DNA from: a bacterium
Lineage (GTDB): Bacteria; Patescibacteriota; Minisyncoccia; Phycocordibacterales; UBA5272
Direction of reading: 5' to 3'
Length of the DNA: 64,000 nucleotides
Assembly: GCA_027482685.1 (NCBI GenBank)
Contig: JAIXVU010000008.1
Coordinates: forward strand, 4,652-68,651
The position numbers and the translations under genes are program-made. The notes beneath the pieces are model-generated. The model was not told the origin of the DNA. It saw only the letters and a program-made list of their open reading frames with translations, and ran no database searches. Positions 1 through 12,939 of this stretch are shown here, piece by piece; positions within the stretch are counted from its first letter, which is position 1; the number at the start of each line of letters is the position of its first letter.

Positions 1-43
1 GATAGCCTATAAAGAATATGAATATTCCTAAGCTATGTCACGT

Positions 44-1984
44 CTAAGCAATGAGAGTATAGTCAATGACACGTAGATCAAGATTTGCACTTTTTACCTG
101 TATTCTAACCGGTGTTCCTATTTTCCACTCTATGCCAGTTCTCTCACCAAACACCCTTCCTCCTTTTTGATCATAGTTATAAAAATCGTCCCCGAGATCA
201 CGTAATCGTATCATTCCTTCACACTTACTTGTTTTTTCTTCAACATATATACCCCATTCAGATACACCTGATACTATGCCATCAAATTGTTGCCCAATAC
301 GATATGACATATACTCAACTTGCTTGTATTTGATACTTCCACGTTCTGCATCACTTGCTTCCTTCTCACGGCGACTAGCCCGAAGACACAATGACTCATA
401 TAACCCTCGCTCATCTTCACGAGGATAGTCATCAGTAAGTACACGCATGAGGAGACGATGTGTCAGAACATCAGGATAACGACGAATAGGTGACGTGAAG
501 TGTGAGTAGTAGTCAAACGCGAGACCGTAGTGACCAACGTTGTTGGTACTATAGACTGCCTTTGCCATAGAACGTGTGATATGCACTTGGAGTAACTGCT
601 TCTCTGGTTTATCTCCCATTTTCACAAGAAGACTATTAAGATCTTGGGATGGAATGAGACCGTCCATGAACCGCACATGATAGCCGAGTCCTTTAATATA
701 AAGTTCTAGGTCATGCATTTTCTCACTATCAGGTTTATCATGGATACGATACACGCAGATGGCTTTGCCTTCACCATTTTTTTCCTCTTGTTTCTTTGTA
801 ATAAACTTACTCACATATTTATTAGCGAGAAGCATGTACTCCTCAACAAGTTTGTGTGTATCACCGCGAGTCTTGATATACACATCAACTGGCACACCAT
901 TCTCATCTAGCTTGAACTTTACTTCTTGAGTTTCTAGAGAAAGCGCGCCGTTCTCAAAACGAGCCTTATTGAGATTCTTTGCTATTTTGTTTAGTGTATC
1001 TAGCTCATCAAAAAAATCACCATTTTTGGTATCAAGAGTCGCCTGTGCATCCTCATAGGTATAGCGACGGTGTGAATTGATTAGTGAACGCCCGTACCAT
1101 TCGTTATGAACTATTCCTTCATCATTAAGTTCAAGCACGCATGACATCACGAGCCTATCCTCACCTTGTACGAGTGAACAGAGATCGTTAGATAACACTT
1201 CAGGCAACATCGGTATACATCTATCCACCAGATACACCGATGTCTGACGTGCGATTGCCTCATCATCAAGAGCCATATTAGGCAAAACATAATACGACAC
1301 ATCTGCGATATGGATACCAACTTCATAATGACCATTATCTAATTTTTGAAATGAAATAGCGTCATCAAAATCCTTTGCATCAATTGGGTCGATGGTGAAT
1401 GTAGGGATGGCACGAAAATCACGACGATTAGCCTTGTCCTCATCAGTTATACCGCGTAATTTGATAGCGTTTGCTTCTCCATTAACTTCCTTTGTATGTT
1501 CATCGCTAAATCCACGCTCAAGAGCGTACGCGAGCATCTCCGCATTGTTATCCCCTGGTTTACCAAGCACTGTCGTAACTTTTCCGAGCGGAGATTTCTT
1601 GGCATCAGTCCATTTGGTTAATGTGACGATCACTTTCATCCCGACTTTTGCTTCACCTAGCTCTTCTTTTGGAATTAGAATATCTGTATAAATACGTTTA
1701 TCATCAGGTACAAGGAAATACATTCCACCCTCCTCTTCTACCACTCCAGCATACCCAGTACGTGCACGATCAATTATTTTTGTAATTATGCCATAGAGTT
1801 CATCCTCACCTTTGGTATTCTTTTTTTTTCCAAGTAACTCAACCTCTACAATGTCCCCATGGAATGCAGTTGCAAGAGAATCATGTCCGACGAAAATCGC
1901 TCCCTCATGTTCTAGATCTTGTACTCGTACATATCCATCTTTCTTTGATGTAATACTAATCGTCCCTGTGTATAAACGTTGCAT
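44..1984 (-). CDS. rnr: Ribonuclease R (RNB family)
   Basis: RNB motifs TIDPIDAKDFDDA, HIADVS and HFTSPIRRYPD; N-terminal cold-shock and C-terminal S1 domains. Confidence 0.95.
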   Translation of the reverse strand: MQRLYTGTISITSKKDGYVRVQDLEHEGAIFVGHDSLATAFHGDIVEVELLGKKKNTKGEDELYGIITKIIDRARTGYAGVVEEEGGMYFLVPDDKRIYTDILIPKEELGEAKVGMKVIVTLTKWTDAKKSPLGKVTTVLGKPGDNNAEMLAYALERGFSDEHTKEVNGEANAIKLRGITDEDKANRRDFRAIPTFTIDPIDAKDFDDAISFQKLDNGHYEVGIHIADVSYYVLPNMALDDEAIARQTSVYLVDRCIPMLPEVLSNDLCSLVQGEDRLVMSCVLELNDEGIVHNEWYGRSLINSHRRYTYEDAQATLDTKNGDFFDELDTLNKIAKNLNKARFENGALSLETQEVKFKLDENGVPVDVYIKTRGDTHKLVEEYMLLANKYVSKFITKKQEEKNGEGKAICVYRIHDKPDSEKMHDLELYIKGLGYHVRFMDGLIPSQDLNSLLVKMGDKPEKQLLQVHITRSMAKAVYSTNNVGHYGLAFDYYSHFTSPIRRYPDVLTHRLLMRVLTDDYPREDERGLYESLCLRASRREKEASDAERGSIKYKQVEYMSYRIGQQFDGIVSGVSEWGIYVEEKTSKCEGMIRLRDLGDDFYNYDQKGGRVFGERTGIEWKIGTPVRIQVKSANLDLRVIDYTLIA

Positions 1985-2018
1985 AATTTACTGATTATAC
2001 CATAAAAGAACTTGGCTC

Positions 2019-4253
2019 TTACTTCGCGTAATCCTCTGCCTGTTTGAGGTTGATTGATAATAGTTTACTACCCCCATCAACTCCAAGCGTTACACCGTAT
2101 AACATATCACAGTGGTTCATTGTCTCGCGGTTATGTGTGATAACAAGGAGCTTACTTTTCTCAGCAAGACGCTTAAGCATCATTCCGTATTTACGGGCGT
2201 TAGACTCATCAAGTGGTGCATCAGTCTCATCAAGCACCATAAATGGAGGTGGTGTGATAGATGACATTGCAAAAAGTAGCGCGATAGACACCAGTGCGCG
2301 TTCCCCGCCTGAGAACATGCCAATCTCTCTCACTTTTTTATTTGGTAGCGATACATCAATATCGACACCATCTTCGTGATGCTCATTTCCTTCGTCATCA
2401 ATCTTTGTAAAGGTGACTTTTGTAAGTGAGGCAGATCCTCCTCCAAATACTTCTTGAAAAAATGAATTAAATACTTTAGAGACTTCATCTACCCCTTTCG
2501 CAAATTTAGTGGCAAGAGTATCGGTTAACTCAGTAATTAAATCTTGCAATTTTTCCTCACTTGCCTCAATATCTGCGAGTTCTTTTGTGAGATACTCATC
2601 ACGTTCACGTGTACTCTTGTATTCCTCAAGGACCTCTGTACGATTCGGAATAGTTGCTTCTTCTATGCGTATCTTTGACCTTTCTATGGCTCGCGTAAGA
2701 TCGTAGAGTGGTATTGTGAGATATTTCTCATCAATGTCAAGCTCGCGGTACCGGATTAAATCGCGACCAACAAGCATCACCCCTTCACGGAGTAACTCAT
2801 TAATTTTTTGTTTACGATTTTCCATAGACGCTTCCTCGTTCTTACGAAGAGTAATTGTCATTGCAAACTCACGAGACTTTGAGCGCAATTCTAGCAACTT
2901 CTTCTCTTCTTCATGGCGAGATAGTATCTTATCTCTTTTATCTTGCTGAAGTTTATCTAGTCTTGACGTATGAATGTCTACTTCGCTTTGAAGTAGTGAG
3001 AGAGTGTCTTCATACGCTCGTATACTCTCATCAAGAGATATAATAGATTGATCAAGTATTTCTTTTTTCTTATTTACATCTGTTCCTTGCGTATATTTAG
3101 TAAAAAACTCTTCTGTATATGTAGAAGCACTCTCTGTTGCATGCTTCGCTTTAGCTATATCACCTGAAGTGATTGCATTGTCTATCTGCTCAATATAGTG
3201 AGATGATGTAGCATGTGCATTAGTAAAATCATCCTGAGAAATAACAATATCTTTCTTTTCAAGAACTCGCTCTAAATCTCGTAATAGAAAATTTTTCTCA
3301 GCTTCTAGTCTACCAAGGGATTTAGTGGCGCTATCTTTTCTTTCATAAAAAGATCGTATCTCTACTTCAAGTGTTTCTTTTTCTAGATTATCAACATCTT
3401 TACTATCAGGTGTACCTTGCTCTAATAGCTCTATCTCTTTTGTGATAGAGCTTAAGATCTGAGCGAGAGACTCTGATGTGCCTGCTTCTTGTATCTTCTG
3501 CAACCCTTGTTCTACTTCTTTTTCTTCACGATTGAGATACGCAACAAGAAGTCTATGTAAGTTTTTACGCTCTTCCTCCTCTTTCTCTATTTTTTCTACC
3601 TGACGTTTGAGATGTGTAAGATGAGGTTGTATTTCTTTTTTGATAAGACTAACCTCATGTACATGGGATTTTACTTTCTCTAATTTACGCTTACTCTCAG
3701 TTAACCGCATGTGGTACACACGGAGTCCAAGAGCATCCTCAAGAGCTTCTTTTCTGTCGCGAGGATTGGCGAGTAGGATTCTATCGGCTTCACCTTGGTT
3801 AATAATTGTGTGCGCACTCCCCCCAATGCCAGCGAACGATAATAACTCTTGCACATCTTTTAAGCGAACCTTTGCATCATTTAATGTATAGTCACTTGTT
3901 CCATCTGCGTATATTGTACGGGCAAGTGTGAGCTCATCATACGCAAGGTACGGCGCAAGATCAGGGCTAATATGAGCACTTTCTACTTTTACTCTATTAT
4001 CAATCACCATAGTAACAGACGCACGAGATGATGGAGCAAGATGTTCTGAACCTTTCCAAATGATATCTGCGCCGATTTTTCCCCGCATAGTCTTCATAGA
4101 CTGTTCCCCTAATACGAAACGAATTGATTCTGCGATATTACTCTTACCACTTCCATTTGGACCAACTACACCAGTTACCTGATGTGTAACGTCTAGCGTA
4201 GTTTTTTTAGCAAATGATTTGAATCCTTGTACAGTAATGTGGGAGAGCTGCAT
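2019..4253 (-). CDS. smc: SMC-family chromosome segregation ATPase, short form
   Basis: GFKSFA, Walker A GPNGSGKSN, signature FSGGERAL, Walker B LDETDAPLD, ITHN; only 744 aa. Confidence 0.88.
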   Translation of the reverse strand: MQLSHITVQGFKSFAKKTTLDVTHQVTGVVGPNGSGKSNIAESIRFVLGEQSMKTMRGKIGADIIWKGSEHLAPSSRASVTMVIDNRVKVESAHISPDLAPYLAYDELTLARTIYADGTSDYTLNDAKVRLKDVQELLSFAGIGGSAHTIINQGEADRILLANPRDRKEALEDALGLRVYHMRLTESKRKLEKVKSHVHEVSLIKKEIQPHLTHLKRQVEKIEKEEEERKNLHRLLVAYLNREEKEVEQGLQKIQEAGTSESLAQILSSITKEIELLEQGTPDSKDVDNLEKETLEVEIRSFYERKDSATKSLGRLEAEKNFLLRDLERVLEKKDIVISQDDFTNAHATSSHYIEQIDNAITSGDIAKAKHATESASTYTEEFFTKYTQGTDVNKKKEILDQSIISLDESIRAYEDTLSLLQSEVDIHTSRLDKLQQDKRDKILSRHEEEKKLLELRSKSREFAMTITLRKNEEASMENRKQKINELLREGVMLVGRDLIRYRELDIDEKYLTIPLYDLTRAIERSKIRIEEATIPNRTEVLEEYKSTRERDEYLTKELADIEASEEKLQDLITELTDTLATKFAKGVDEVSKVFNSFFQEVFGGGSASLTKVTFTKIDDEGNEHHEDGVDIDVSLPNKKVREIGMFSGGERALVSIALLFAMSSITPPPFMVLDETDAPLDESNARKYGMMLKRLAEKSKLLVITHNRETMNHCDMLYGVTLGVDGGSKLLSINLKQAEDYAK

Positions 4254-4400
4254 AGATAGATACTAGATTTTAGGAATTAGATGTTAGAGAGTACAAATAC
4301 ATAACACAGATTACATAAAGTGTACCACATGAATACTAATGAACTCATCTAATATCTATCATATAAAATCTAAAATCTCGTGGCATGATATACTCTCCCC

Positions 4401-5183
4401 ATGTTAGTACTGCATGCAATTATTTTAGGAATCCTTGAAGGGTTTACAGAATTTCTTCCAATATCTTCAACAGCACATCTTATACTTGCAAGTAAGCTCC
4501 TCAAAATACCAGAAAGTGACACTCTTACACTTTTTTTAATTACTGTACAAGTTGGTGCGATACTTGCGGTACTCGTATACTTTTATAAAAAGTTTTTTAG
4601 CGTTAAACTCTGGAAAAAGTTAATCATTGCATTTATCCCAACAGGTATTGCTGGGCTACTTATCTACCCATATATAAAATTTCTTCTTTCATCTCCGTGG
4701 ATACTGGTAGTTACTCTCTCTCTTGGTGGTGTTATCATGATAGCTGTTGAGAAATGGTACACCAAGAGATATCTCCATACGACTTCAGGAAATCTCTCTG
4801 ATATTTCATATAAGCAAAGCTTCTTACTTGGATGTTTCCAAGCTCTTGCTATCATTCCTGGTACGTCACGCTCAGGCGCTACAATTATTGGAGGTTTGAT
4901 GATGGGACTGAGACGTGAAGTGTTAACTGAGTTTACATTCTTACTTGCAGTGCCTACCATGATAGTAGCTACAGCGTATAGTGTCTATAAACAACGTGAA
5001 CTACTTGCACTTGATCATGTAGTAACACCGCTACTTGTTGGAACAACGCTATCGTTTATCGTAGCTCTCATTGTTATCAAATCATTCCTCGCGTACATCC
5101 GTACAAGGTCATTTGAAATCTTCGGCTGGTATCGTATCGTACTCGCTGTTGTTGTTGCACTTGTGCTTATGTATACAAATTAA
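4401..5183 (+). CDS. uppP: Undecaprenyl-diphosphate phosphatase
   Basis: EGFTEFLPISSTAH and PGTSRSGATI motifs. Confidence 0.95.
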   Translation: MLVLHAIILGILEGFTEFLPISSTAHLILASKLLKIPESDTLTLFLITVQVGAILAVLVYFYKKFFSVKLWKKLIIAFIPTGIAGLLIYPYIKFLLSSPWILVVTLSLGGVIMIAVEKWYTKRYLHTTSGNLSDISYKQSFLLGCFQALAIIPGTSRSGATIIGGLMMGLRREVLTEFTFLLAVPTMIVATAYSVYKQRELLALDHVVTPLLVGTTLSFIVALIVIKSFLAYIRTRSFEIFGWYRIVLAVVVALVLMYTN

Positions 5184-5596
5184 CGTTTATACTTCCGTGC
5201 AATCTTCACACGATTGAGTTCCTTTTCAACCAACCCTTCAAATACTCCAAAGTCTACATCATCATCCTTCTCCTCTCGCATCTTACGCGCCCGCTCAAGT
5301 GCCTCCTCTGCACGTTTATGGTCGAGCTCATCAACTCTCTCACCACGTTCAAGCAAGACCACGACTTCTGTTAAACCTTTACGATGAGGACGAACATTAA
5401 CGAGTCCTTTATATACTGCATATCCGATACCTGCTTTTCCTTTTCTAACCATTAACTCCCCTGCTTTAATAGTTGATACTATCGGAATATGTTTATCAAG
5501 CACCGTAATCACTCCCGTTGTTGTTGGGATGCTTAGACTATCGACTATTTCATCGACAATAATTGTATCTGGAGTGAGTACGCGGAGTTTTAACAT
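5180..5596 (-). CDS. atpC: ATP synthase F1 epsilon subunit
   Basis: LRVLTPD...IPTTTGVITVLDKHIP, AEEALERA; last gene of the atp operon. Confidence 0.92.
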   Translation of the reverse strand: MLKLRVLTPDTIIVDEIVDSLSIPTTTGVITVLDKHIPIVSTIKAGELMVRKGKAGIGYAVYKGLVNVRPHRKGLTEVVVLLERGERVDELDHKRAEEALERARKMREEKDDDVDFGVFEGLVEKELNRVKIARKYKR

Positions 5597-5680
5597 ATAT
5601 TGGATGGTTATTAGTAATTAGTTATTGGTTATTAGTTTGGTTCATAATGTATTGACTAATTACTAATTACAAATAACTAA

Positions 5681-7635
<1,955 letters not shown>

Positions 7636-7639
7636 ACGA

Positions 7640-8263
7640 TTATATGCTTGGTGTTATCTGTGATGGCTGAGTTTCAGTAGATGTGGCAACAGTTGGTGTT
7701 TGTCCTTCAGCAAATCCAAATATCATATCATGAAGTTTCGCTCTCTCATCTGTATTATTCGCTGCTCGTTCAAGAATTGGTAAAAGCTCTTTGTTACGTA
7801 TTTCAGAGGTCTTACGGAAATCCAAGAACTCATCAAAGGAAATAAGCTTAGGTGATATCTTATCCCCAGGATCCTCACGAACCGCTCCACCTTGTGTTAC
7901 ATTACGTGCAATAAAAAAATGATTATCCCCTATTACCCATCCATATGGAGCTACGAACCATTTGGTGAATGCTTCTGCTTTGTACCCAGCCTCAAGCTCA
8001 AGCTTAAACTTCGCAGTTCTCTCTGGTGAGTCTAACCCTTCGCAGTGTCCACCTGGAAGAGCGAGAAAAGGTGCCTGTCCTGGTTGCTCCTCTTGTAGCA
8101 CGAGTATCTTATCTTCTACAGTTGCGATAATAGTCACACAGTCCGCACGAGAAGCCGCCTCAAAGATAACAGTAGATCCATCAAAAAGTGTCTGCTCCCA
8201 TTGCCATACGTTATATCGTACGCCTTCAAACATTAGTCGTGCATTGTCAGGGAGTTTTTTCAT
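7640..8263 (-). CDS. NUDIX-fold protein with degenerate Nudix box
   Basis: Paralog of 7069..7635 (MKKLPDNA/MKKIPDHA, WEQxxFDGS, QEEQPG, DPG(D/E)KI, ISFDEFL); box reads AKFKLELEAG. Confidence 0.75.
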   Translation of the reverse strand: MKKLPDNARLMFEGVRYNVWQWEQTLFDGSTVIFEAASRADCVTIIATVEDKILVLQEEQPGQAPFLALPGGHCEGLDSPERTAKFKLELEAGYKAEAFTKWFVAPYGWVIGDNHFFIARNVTQGGAVREDPGDKISPKLISFDEFLDFRKTSEIRNKELLPILERAANNTDERAKLHDMIFGFAEGQTPTVATSTETQPSQITPSI

Positions 8264-8284
8264 AGTTCGTAGTATACACCAAGG

Positions 8285-9136
8285 TTAATTACTTAATGCC
8301 ATCGCACCAGAAGTTATCTCCGCAATCTCTTGGGTAACTTTTTCTTGGCGAGCACGGTTATAGTAGAGCTTAAGCTCATCCTGTAACTCTTTTGCATTAT
8401 CTGTTGCGCTCTTCATCGCAAACATTCGCGCAGAATGCTCTGACGCATAACTCTCAAGTATCGCACCATAAATAATGTTATGTAACATCATTGGGATGAT
8501 AGTTGATAGCACTGTCTCTTGATCAGGTTCGTAGGTGTAACGAGGTTCTCCTATAGTGTCGGGGTTACCATCTTCAGCACCAAATGGAAGTAGTTGTACA
8601 AGTTTTGGAGTAAAGACACTTCCTGAAGTGAAGTGTGTATAAAGTATTCGTACCGTGCCAACTTTCCTTTCTCTATACCAGTCTAGTATCATCTGCGTAG
8701 CGGTATGAGCATGATCTGAAGTAAGTTGTGGGTGAGTAAATGAAGCGAGGGTCTCAACGTGTAATTTTTTTGCAACTTTTTCGGAATATTTACCAAATGC
8801 AATTATCTTGAGATTCTTCCTTTCACTTTCATTATATGCCTCAAGTAATTTACGATATACGTTAACATTATAACTTCCACACAATCCTTTATTAGATGAT
8901 ATCAGGATTACTACTTCATCAGATTGACCATTATGTACGAGAAGTTCATGACGCACAAGAGGGTCAAGAGCAATATCTTCAAGTACAGCTTTCGCCTCCT
9001 CATAAAAAGGGCGAAGTGTATGAGCGCTATCTACAGATTTTTTCATCTTAGCAGCAGAAACCATCTCCATTGTCTTGGTGATTTTTTTAATACTGCCGAC
9101 ACTTTTTATTTTTTCCTTGATAACTTTTGTTTGCAT
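8285..9136 (-). CDS. atpG: ATP synthase F1 gamma subunit
   Basis: KITKTMEMVSAAK, KGLCGSYN, SEHSARMFAMKSATDNA, RQEKVTQEIAEI. Confidence 0.97.
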   Translation of the reverse strand: MQTKVIKEKIKSVGSIKKITKTMEMVSAAKMKKSVDSAHTLRPFYEEAKAVLEDIALDPLVRHELLVHNGQSDEVVILISSNKGLCGSYNVNVYRKLLEAYNESERKNLKIIAFGKYSEKVAKKLHVETLASFTHPQLTSDHAHTATQMILDWYRERKVGTVRILYTHFTSGSVFTPKLVQLLPFGAEDGNPDTIGEPRYTYEPDQETVLSTIIPMMLHNIIYGAILESYASEHSARMFAMKSATDNAKELQDELKLYYNRARQEKVTQEIAEITSGAMALSN

Positions 9137-9169
9137 GTATAAGTAAACGTAGCTCTTTATATTTTGAGG

Positions 9170-10666
9170 CTATGCTTTATGTGACTCTTGATAGGATGTT
9201 AGCACTTCTTTAAGTGATGCTTCTACTGATTCATCCCAACCCTTATCAATACCTGTGATAACAGATGCTCCGTTACGAACAATATACTCATGCATCCCTT
9301 TCTCCCACGCAACAACCTCATTTACTGGAATAGCATCAAGGAATCCGTTGTTCACTGCATAAATTGATGCAACCTGTAATGCTGTCGGTAACGGATTACC
9401 GTTTGCTTGCTTGAGCATCTCTTGAGTTCGCTTACCGCGTTCAATTGTACGCTTAGTATCAACATCAAGATCAGAATCAAACTGTGAGAAACTCTCAAGT
9501 TCACGATATTGCGCCATTGCAAGCTTCATCTTACCTGCATTTTTTTTCATACTCTTGGTCTGTGCTGATGAACCTACACGAGATACTGATGTACCAACAT
9601 CAATAGCAGGACGTACTCCTTTATAGAAAAGGTTAGCGTCAAGGAATATCTGCCCATCAGTAATAGAAATTACGTTAGTTGGAATGTACGCTGAGATATC
9701 ACCTGCTTGTGTTTCGATAATTGGAAGTGCGGTTATAGAACCACCTCCTGCTTCTTCGTTTCTACGACACGCACGTTCTAGTAATCGTGAGTGGAGATAG
9801 AACACATCTCCGGGATATGCCTCACGTCCTGGTGGACGCTTAAGAAGTAACGACATCTCACGATACGCAACAGCGTGCTTAGAAAGATCATCATAGACAA
9901 CAAGTACGTCTTTCTTTTGATTCATAAAATATTCTGCAATAGCAGACCCAGCATACGGTGCTAGATACGAGAGTGCGGCAGAGCGTGATGATCCTGCGAG
10001 CACGACGACAGTGTAGTCCATAGCGCCTGTTGCCTTTAGTTTCTCTACAATCTGCGCAACTTTAGACTCCTTCTGACCTATCGCAACATACACACAGATA
10101 ACACCATTACCTTTTTGGTTAATAATCGTATCTATCGCAACCGTGGTTTTACCTGTCTGACGGTCTCCGATAATAAGCTCACGCTGTCCACGACCAACTG
10201 GGATGATAGCATCAATTGCTTTTATGCCTGTCTGCATCGGCTGATTTACCGGCTCACGCTCCATAACTCCTGGGGCAATCTTCTCTACAAGTTCACGATG
10301 TTTCAGCCCTGTGAGCGCTTGACCATCTAGCGGATTAACTAGCGGGTCAACAACACGACCAAGTAGTTCATCTCCAACTGGAATAGATAAGACGTGACCC
10401 GTACGACGAACCTCCTCACCCTCATGCACACTATCTGCACCACTTACTACTACAATCCCAACCATCTCACTTTCTAGGTTAAGAGCAATACCACGGGCAC
10501 CGTGTGCGAACGTTACTTCTTCCATACTTGCAATCGATGATAGTCCCGTTACACGAGCAATACCGTCACTTACCGAAACAACAGTTCCGACATCTTGAAT
10601 GTCTATCTCGTTACTCATTTTCGATATTGTCTGCTCTAGCTCTTTGATTATTTTTTCTACTGACAT
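9170..10666 (-). CDS. atpA: ATP synthase F1 alpha subunit
   Basis: GDRQTGKT and RPPGREAYPGDVFYLHSRLLER. Confidence 0.98.
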   Translation of the reverse strand: MSVEKIIKELEQTISKMSNEIDIQDVGTVVSVSDGIARVTGLSSIASMEEVTFAHGARGIALNLESEMVGIVVVSGADSVHEGEEVRRTGHVLSIPVGDELLGRVVDPLVNPLDGQALTGLKHRELVEKIAPGVMEREPVNQPMQTGIKAIDAIIPVGRGQRELIIGDRQTGKTTVAIDTIINQKGNGVICVYVAIGQKESKVAQIVEKLKATGAMDYTVVVLAGSSRSAALSYLAPYAGSAIAEYFMNQKKDVLVVYDDLSKHAVAYREMSLLLKRPPGREAYPGDVFYLHSRLLERACRRNEEAGGGSITALPIIETQAGDISAYIPTNVISITDGQIFLDANLFYKGVRPAIDVGTSVSRVGSSAQTKSMKKNAGKMKLAMAQYRELESFSQFDSDLDVDTKRTIERGKRTQEMLKQANGNPLPTALQVASIYAVNNGFLDAIPVNEVVAWEKGMHEYIVRNGASVITGIDKGWDESVEASLKEVLTSYQESHKA

Positions 10667-10685
10667 AGTTGAGAGTGTTAGTTAA

Positions 10686-11039
10686 TTAGTAATTATTGGT
10701 TAGTTGCTTGATGATACGTTCGGCACTTCCATCGTATACTTTTTCACGGAAACGTGCACGGAATCCTGCAAGGAGATTTTTATTAATAATTACAGTGTGT
10801 TGATTACTCTTTTGGTCGATATTAGTAATAATTTTTCTAATAGACGAATCAGATAGTGGAAAAGGTGTTTCAATAACGAGGGTGTCTTTTTTTATTTGTG
10901 CGGCATGAGCTATTTTTACAGTCCGTAGAATAGCAGGAAGCATACCGAGCAAATTGTACTTCTTAAGCATTGTTACGAGCTCTTCAACTGAGAGAGTTTC
11001 TTTGAGTATTTTATCTGCTAAAGCACGGCTAATGTTCAT
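10686..11039 (-). CDS. atpH: ATP synthase delta subunit, truncated form
   Basis: Lies between atpF and atpA; OSCP-like C-terminus INKNLLAGFRARFREKVYDGS; start moved to ATG 11039 to avoid overlap with atpF. Confidence 0.8.
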   Translation of the reverse strand: MNISRALADKILKETLSVEELVTMLKKYNLLGMLPAILRTVKIAHAAQIKKDTLVIETPFPLSDSSIRKIITNIDQKSNQHTVIINKNLLAGFRARFREKVYDGSAERIIKQLTNNY

Positions 11040-11052
11040 ATGTTTGCTTGAA

Positions 11053-11550
11053 TTATACCTGCATACGCGCGATAAGCGCATTATTCTCATCCTCTGTCAT
11101 TTCTTTTTGAAGAGTCTTAGCATACATACTCGCAACTAGTGATGGCGCTTTCTTACGGAATGCATTTTCAACTTTTTCCGCCAAATGCTCTTCTTCTTTT
11201 TTTAATGCTTGATGCTTTGCATTGATGTCACTCTCAGCGGACGCAACAAGTGATGCCGCTAGCTCAGCGCCTTTACTATGAGCATTGTTTAGTATGGATG
11301 TCTCTTCCTTACGTGCGTTTTTGATGATTTCACTTTTCGTTTCTTCAGCTTGTGCCAGGAGGATTTCACTATCACGTGCTTGATTGAGACCTTTTTCTAT
11401 TATCTCTTTACGAGTATCGATAACCTTACCGATTTTGCCAAAGAAAAACTTCTGAAGCAGAAAAAGGATAATGAGAAAGTTGAAAAAGTTAGCAAGAGCG
11501 ACATGCCAATTAAATCCAACTGTTCCTAGAATGTCGAGAATACTTTGCAT
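11053..11550 (-). CDS. atpF: ATP synthase F0 subunit b
   Basis: N-terminal TM helix NFLIILFLLQKFFF followed by coiled coil; operon position. Confidence 0.92.
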   Translation of the reverse strand: MQSILDILGTVGFNWHVALANFFNFLIILFLLQKFFFGKIGKVIDTRKEIIEKGLNQARDSEILLAQAEETKSEIIKNARKEETSILNNAHSKGAELAASLVASAESDINAKHQALKKEEEHLAEKVENAFRKKAPSLVASMYAKTLQKEMTEDENNALIARMQV

Positions 11551-11637
11551 ACGTACATACTGTTATTAGTAATTAGTAATTTGTTATTAGTTGAATGTAT
11601 ACGCACACACTAATTACTAATTACCAATAACTAATTA

Positions 11638-11856
11638 CTACCCAAGGAGGAAGAACGCTACGAGCGCGAATATAGCCGTTGTTTCTGTCATTGCAACCGC
11701 GATGATCATCTTTGAGAAGATAGATGCCTCAACATCTGGGTTACGTCCGATTGCTTCCATAGTCTTACCTACGAGGTATCCTTGTCCGATTGCTGTTCCT
11801 AGCATTGCTAGAATACACATTCCTTTTGCGATATAAATTGCTGCTTCTGGTGTCAT
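11638..11856 (-). CDS. atpE: ATP synthase F0 subunit c
   Basis: Two TM helices, IGRNP loop and conserved Glu in AMTETTAIF. Confidence 0.95.
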   Translation of the reverse strand: MTPEAAIYIAKGMCILAMLGTAIGQGYLVGKTMEAIGRNPDVEASIFSKMIIAVAMTETTAIFALVAFFLLG

Positions 11857-12060
11857 AAAATACTAGTTGTTAGTTTTTAGTAATTAGTTATTAGTTGAAT
11901 TCATAATACTGAACCCAAAAATATCCAACTACATTTCAATAAAAATTCGCCTTGCGGGCTGATAAAGGTATTATAGCAGAAAAATAAAAGTTTGTATTGT
12001 GGGCACGGTAAATGCTGTCAGTTACTTGATAGCCACCAGCTAATTGAATAATTTTCTAAA

Positions 12061-12885
12061 CTAATGCTCTTTCCCTTCTTTCTTTAGAACTAGTGAGTAA
12101 TATACCGTGACGAGTGCGACGAATACCACAGACTGCACAACGCCGACAAGGAGCCCCATCCCCATCCAGATAGCAGGCACACCAAACGCGAACGCTCCGA
12201 GCAATATGACAGTAAGCACCTCATGAGCGAACATGTTACCGAAAAGGCGCAGTGATAGTGATAACATCTTTGCAAATTCACTAATAATTTCGATTAGCCC
12301 CACCATAAATGAGATAAGCGCAGACATACCAGAACCTATGCCATGGCGAAAGCCCTTTATTACTTGCTTGATCTGGATGAAGTGTGAGAGATATCCGAAT
12401 ACCCCCTGCTCACGCATACCAACTATCTGCATCATGACAACAACCGCAACCGCAAGACCAAATGTTGTGTTAAAATCTGTCGTTGCCCCACGGAATAATA
12501 GTACGTGTTCACCTCCAATTGTGAGATGGAGACTGTTTAATCCAGGGATAAGAGGTAAGAGATTTGCGATAATCAGATACACCATTAATGCACCAACATA
12601 CGGGATTATTTTTTTTGCTTTTTCGTGTGTGCCAACTATCTGAGTAATGAACTTTGCGATTAGTTCATAAAAAATCTCCATAAGGTGTTGACTGCCTGAT
12701 GGAACAAGCTTGGCACGTGAACTCTTAATGATTAACATTACTACAAGAAACGTGATGAATACTGTGGTAAGAGTTGTTGTTGCAACAGAAAAAATACCAA
12801 TATCTCCAAGAATTGGGGCATTAATAGTAGGTATTGGTTCTTCTATACGAAAAAAAGAAGACTGTTCTCCGTGAGGTACTGCCAT
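12061..12885 (-). CDS. atpB: ATP synthase F0 subunit a
   Basis: SLSLRLFGNMFAHE, VQSVVFVAL and TTDFNTT motifs. Confidence 0.95.
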   Translation of the reverse strand: MAVPHGEQSSFFRIEEPIPTINAPILGDIGIFSVATTTLTTVFITFLVVMLIIKSSRAKLVPSGSQHLMEIFYELIAKFITQIVGTHEKAKKIIPYVGALMVYLIIANLLPLIPGLNSLHLTIGGEHVLLFRGATTDFNTTFGLAVAVVVMMQIVGMREQGVFGYLSHFIQIKQVIKGFRHGIGSGMSALISFMVGLIEIISEFAKMLSLSLRLFGNMFAHEVLTVILLGAFAFGVPAIWMGMGLLVGVVQSVVFVALVTVYYSLVLKKEGKEH

Positions 12886-12939
12886 TTATGTTATGAAATA
12901 TAACAGAAGTATACCACACGACGTCATGCAGATGAAGTG

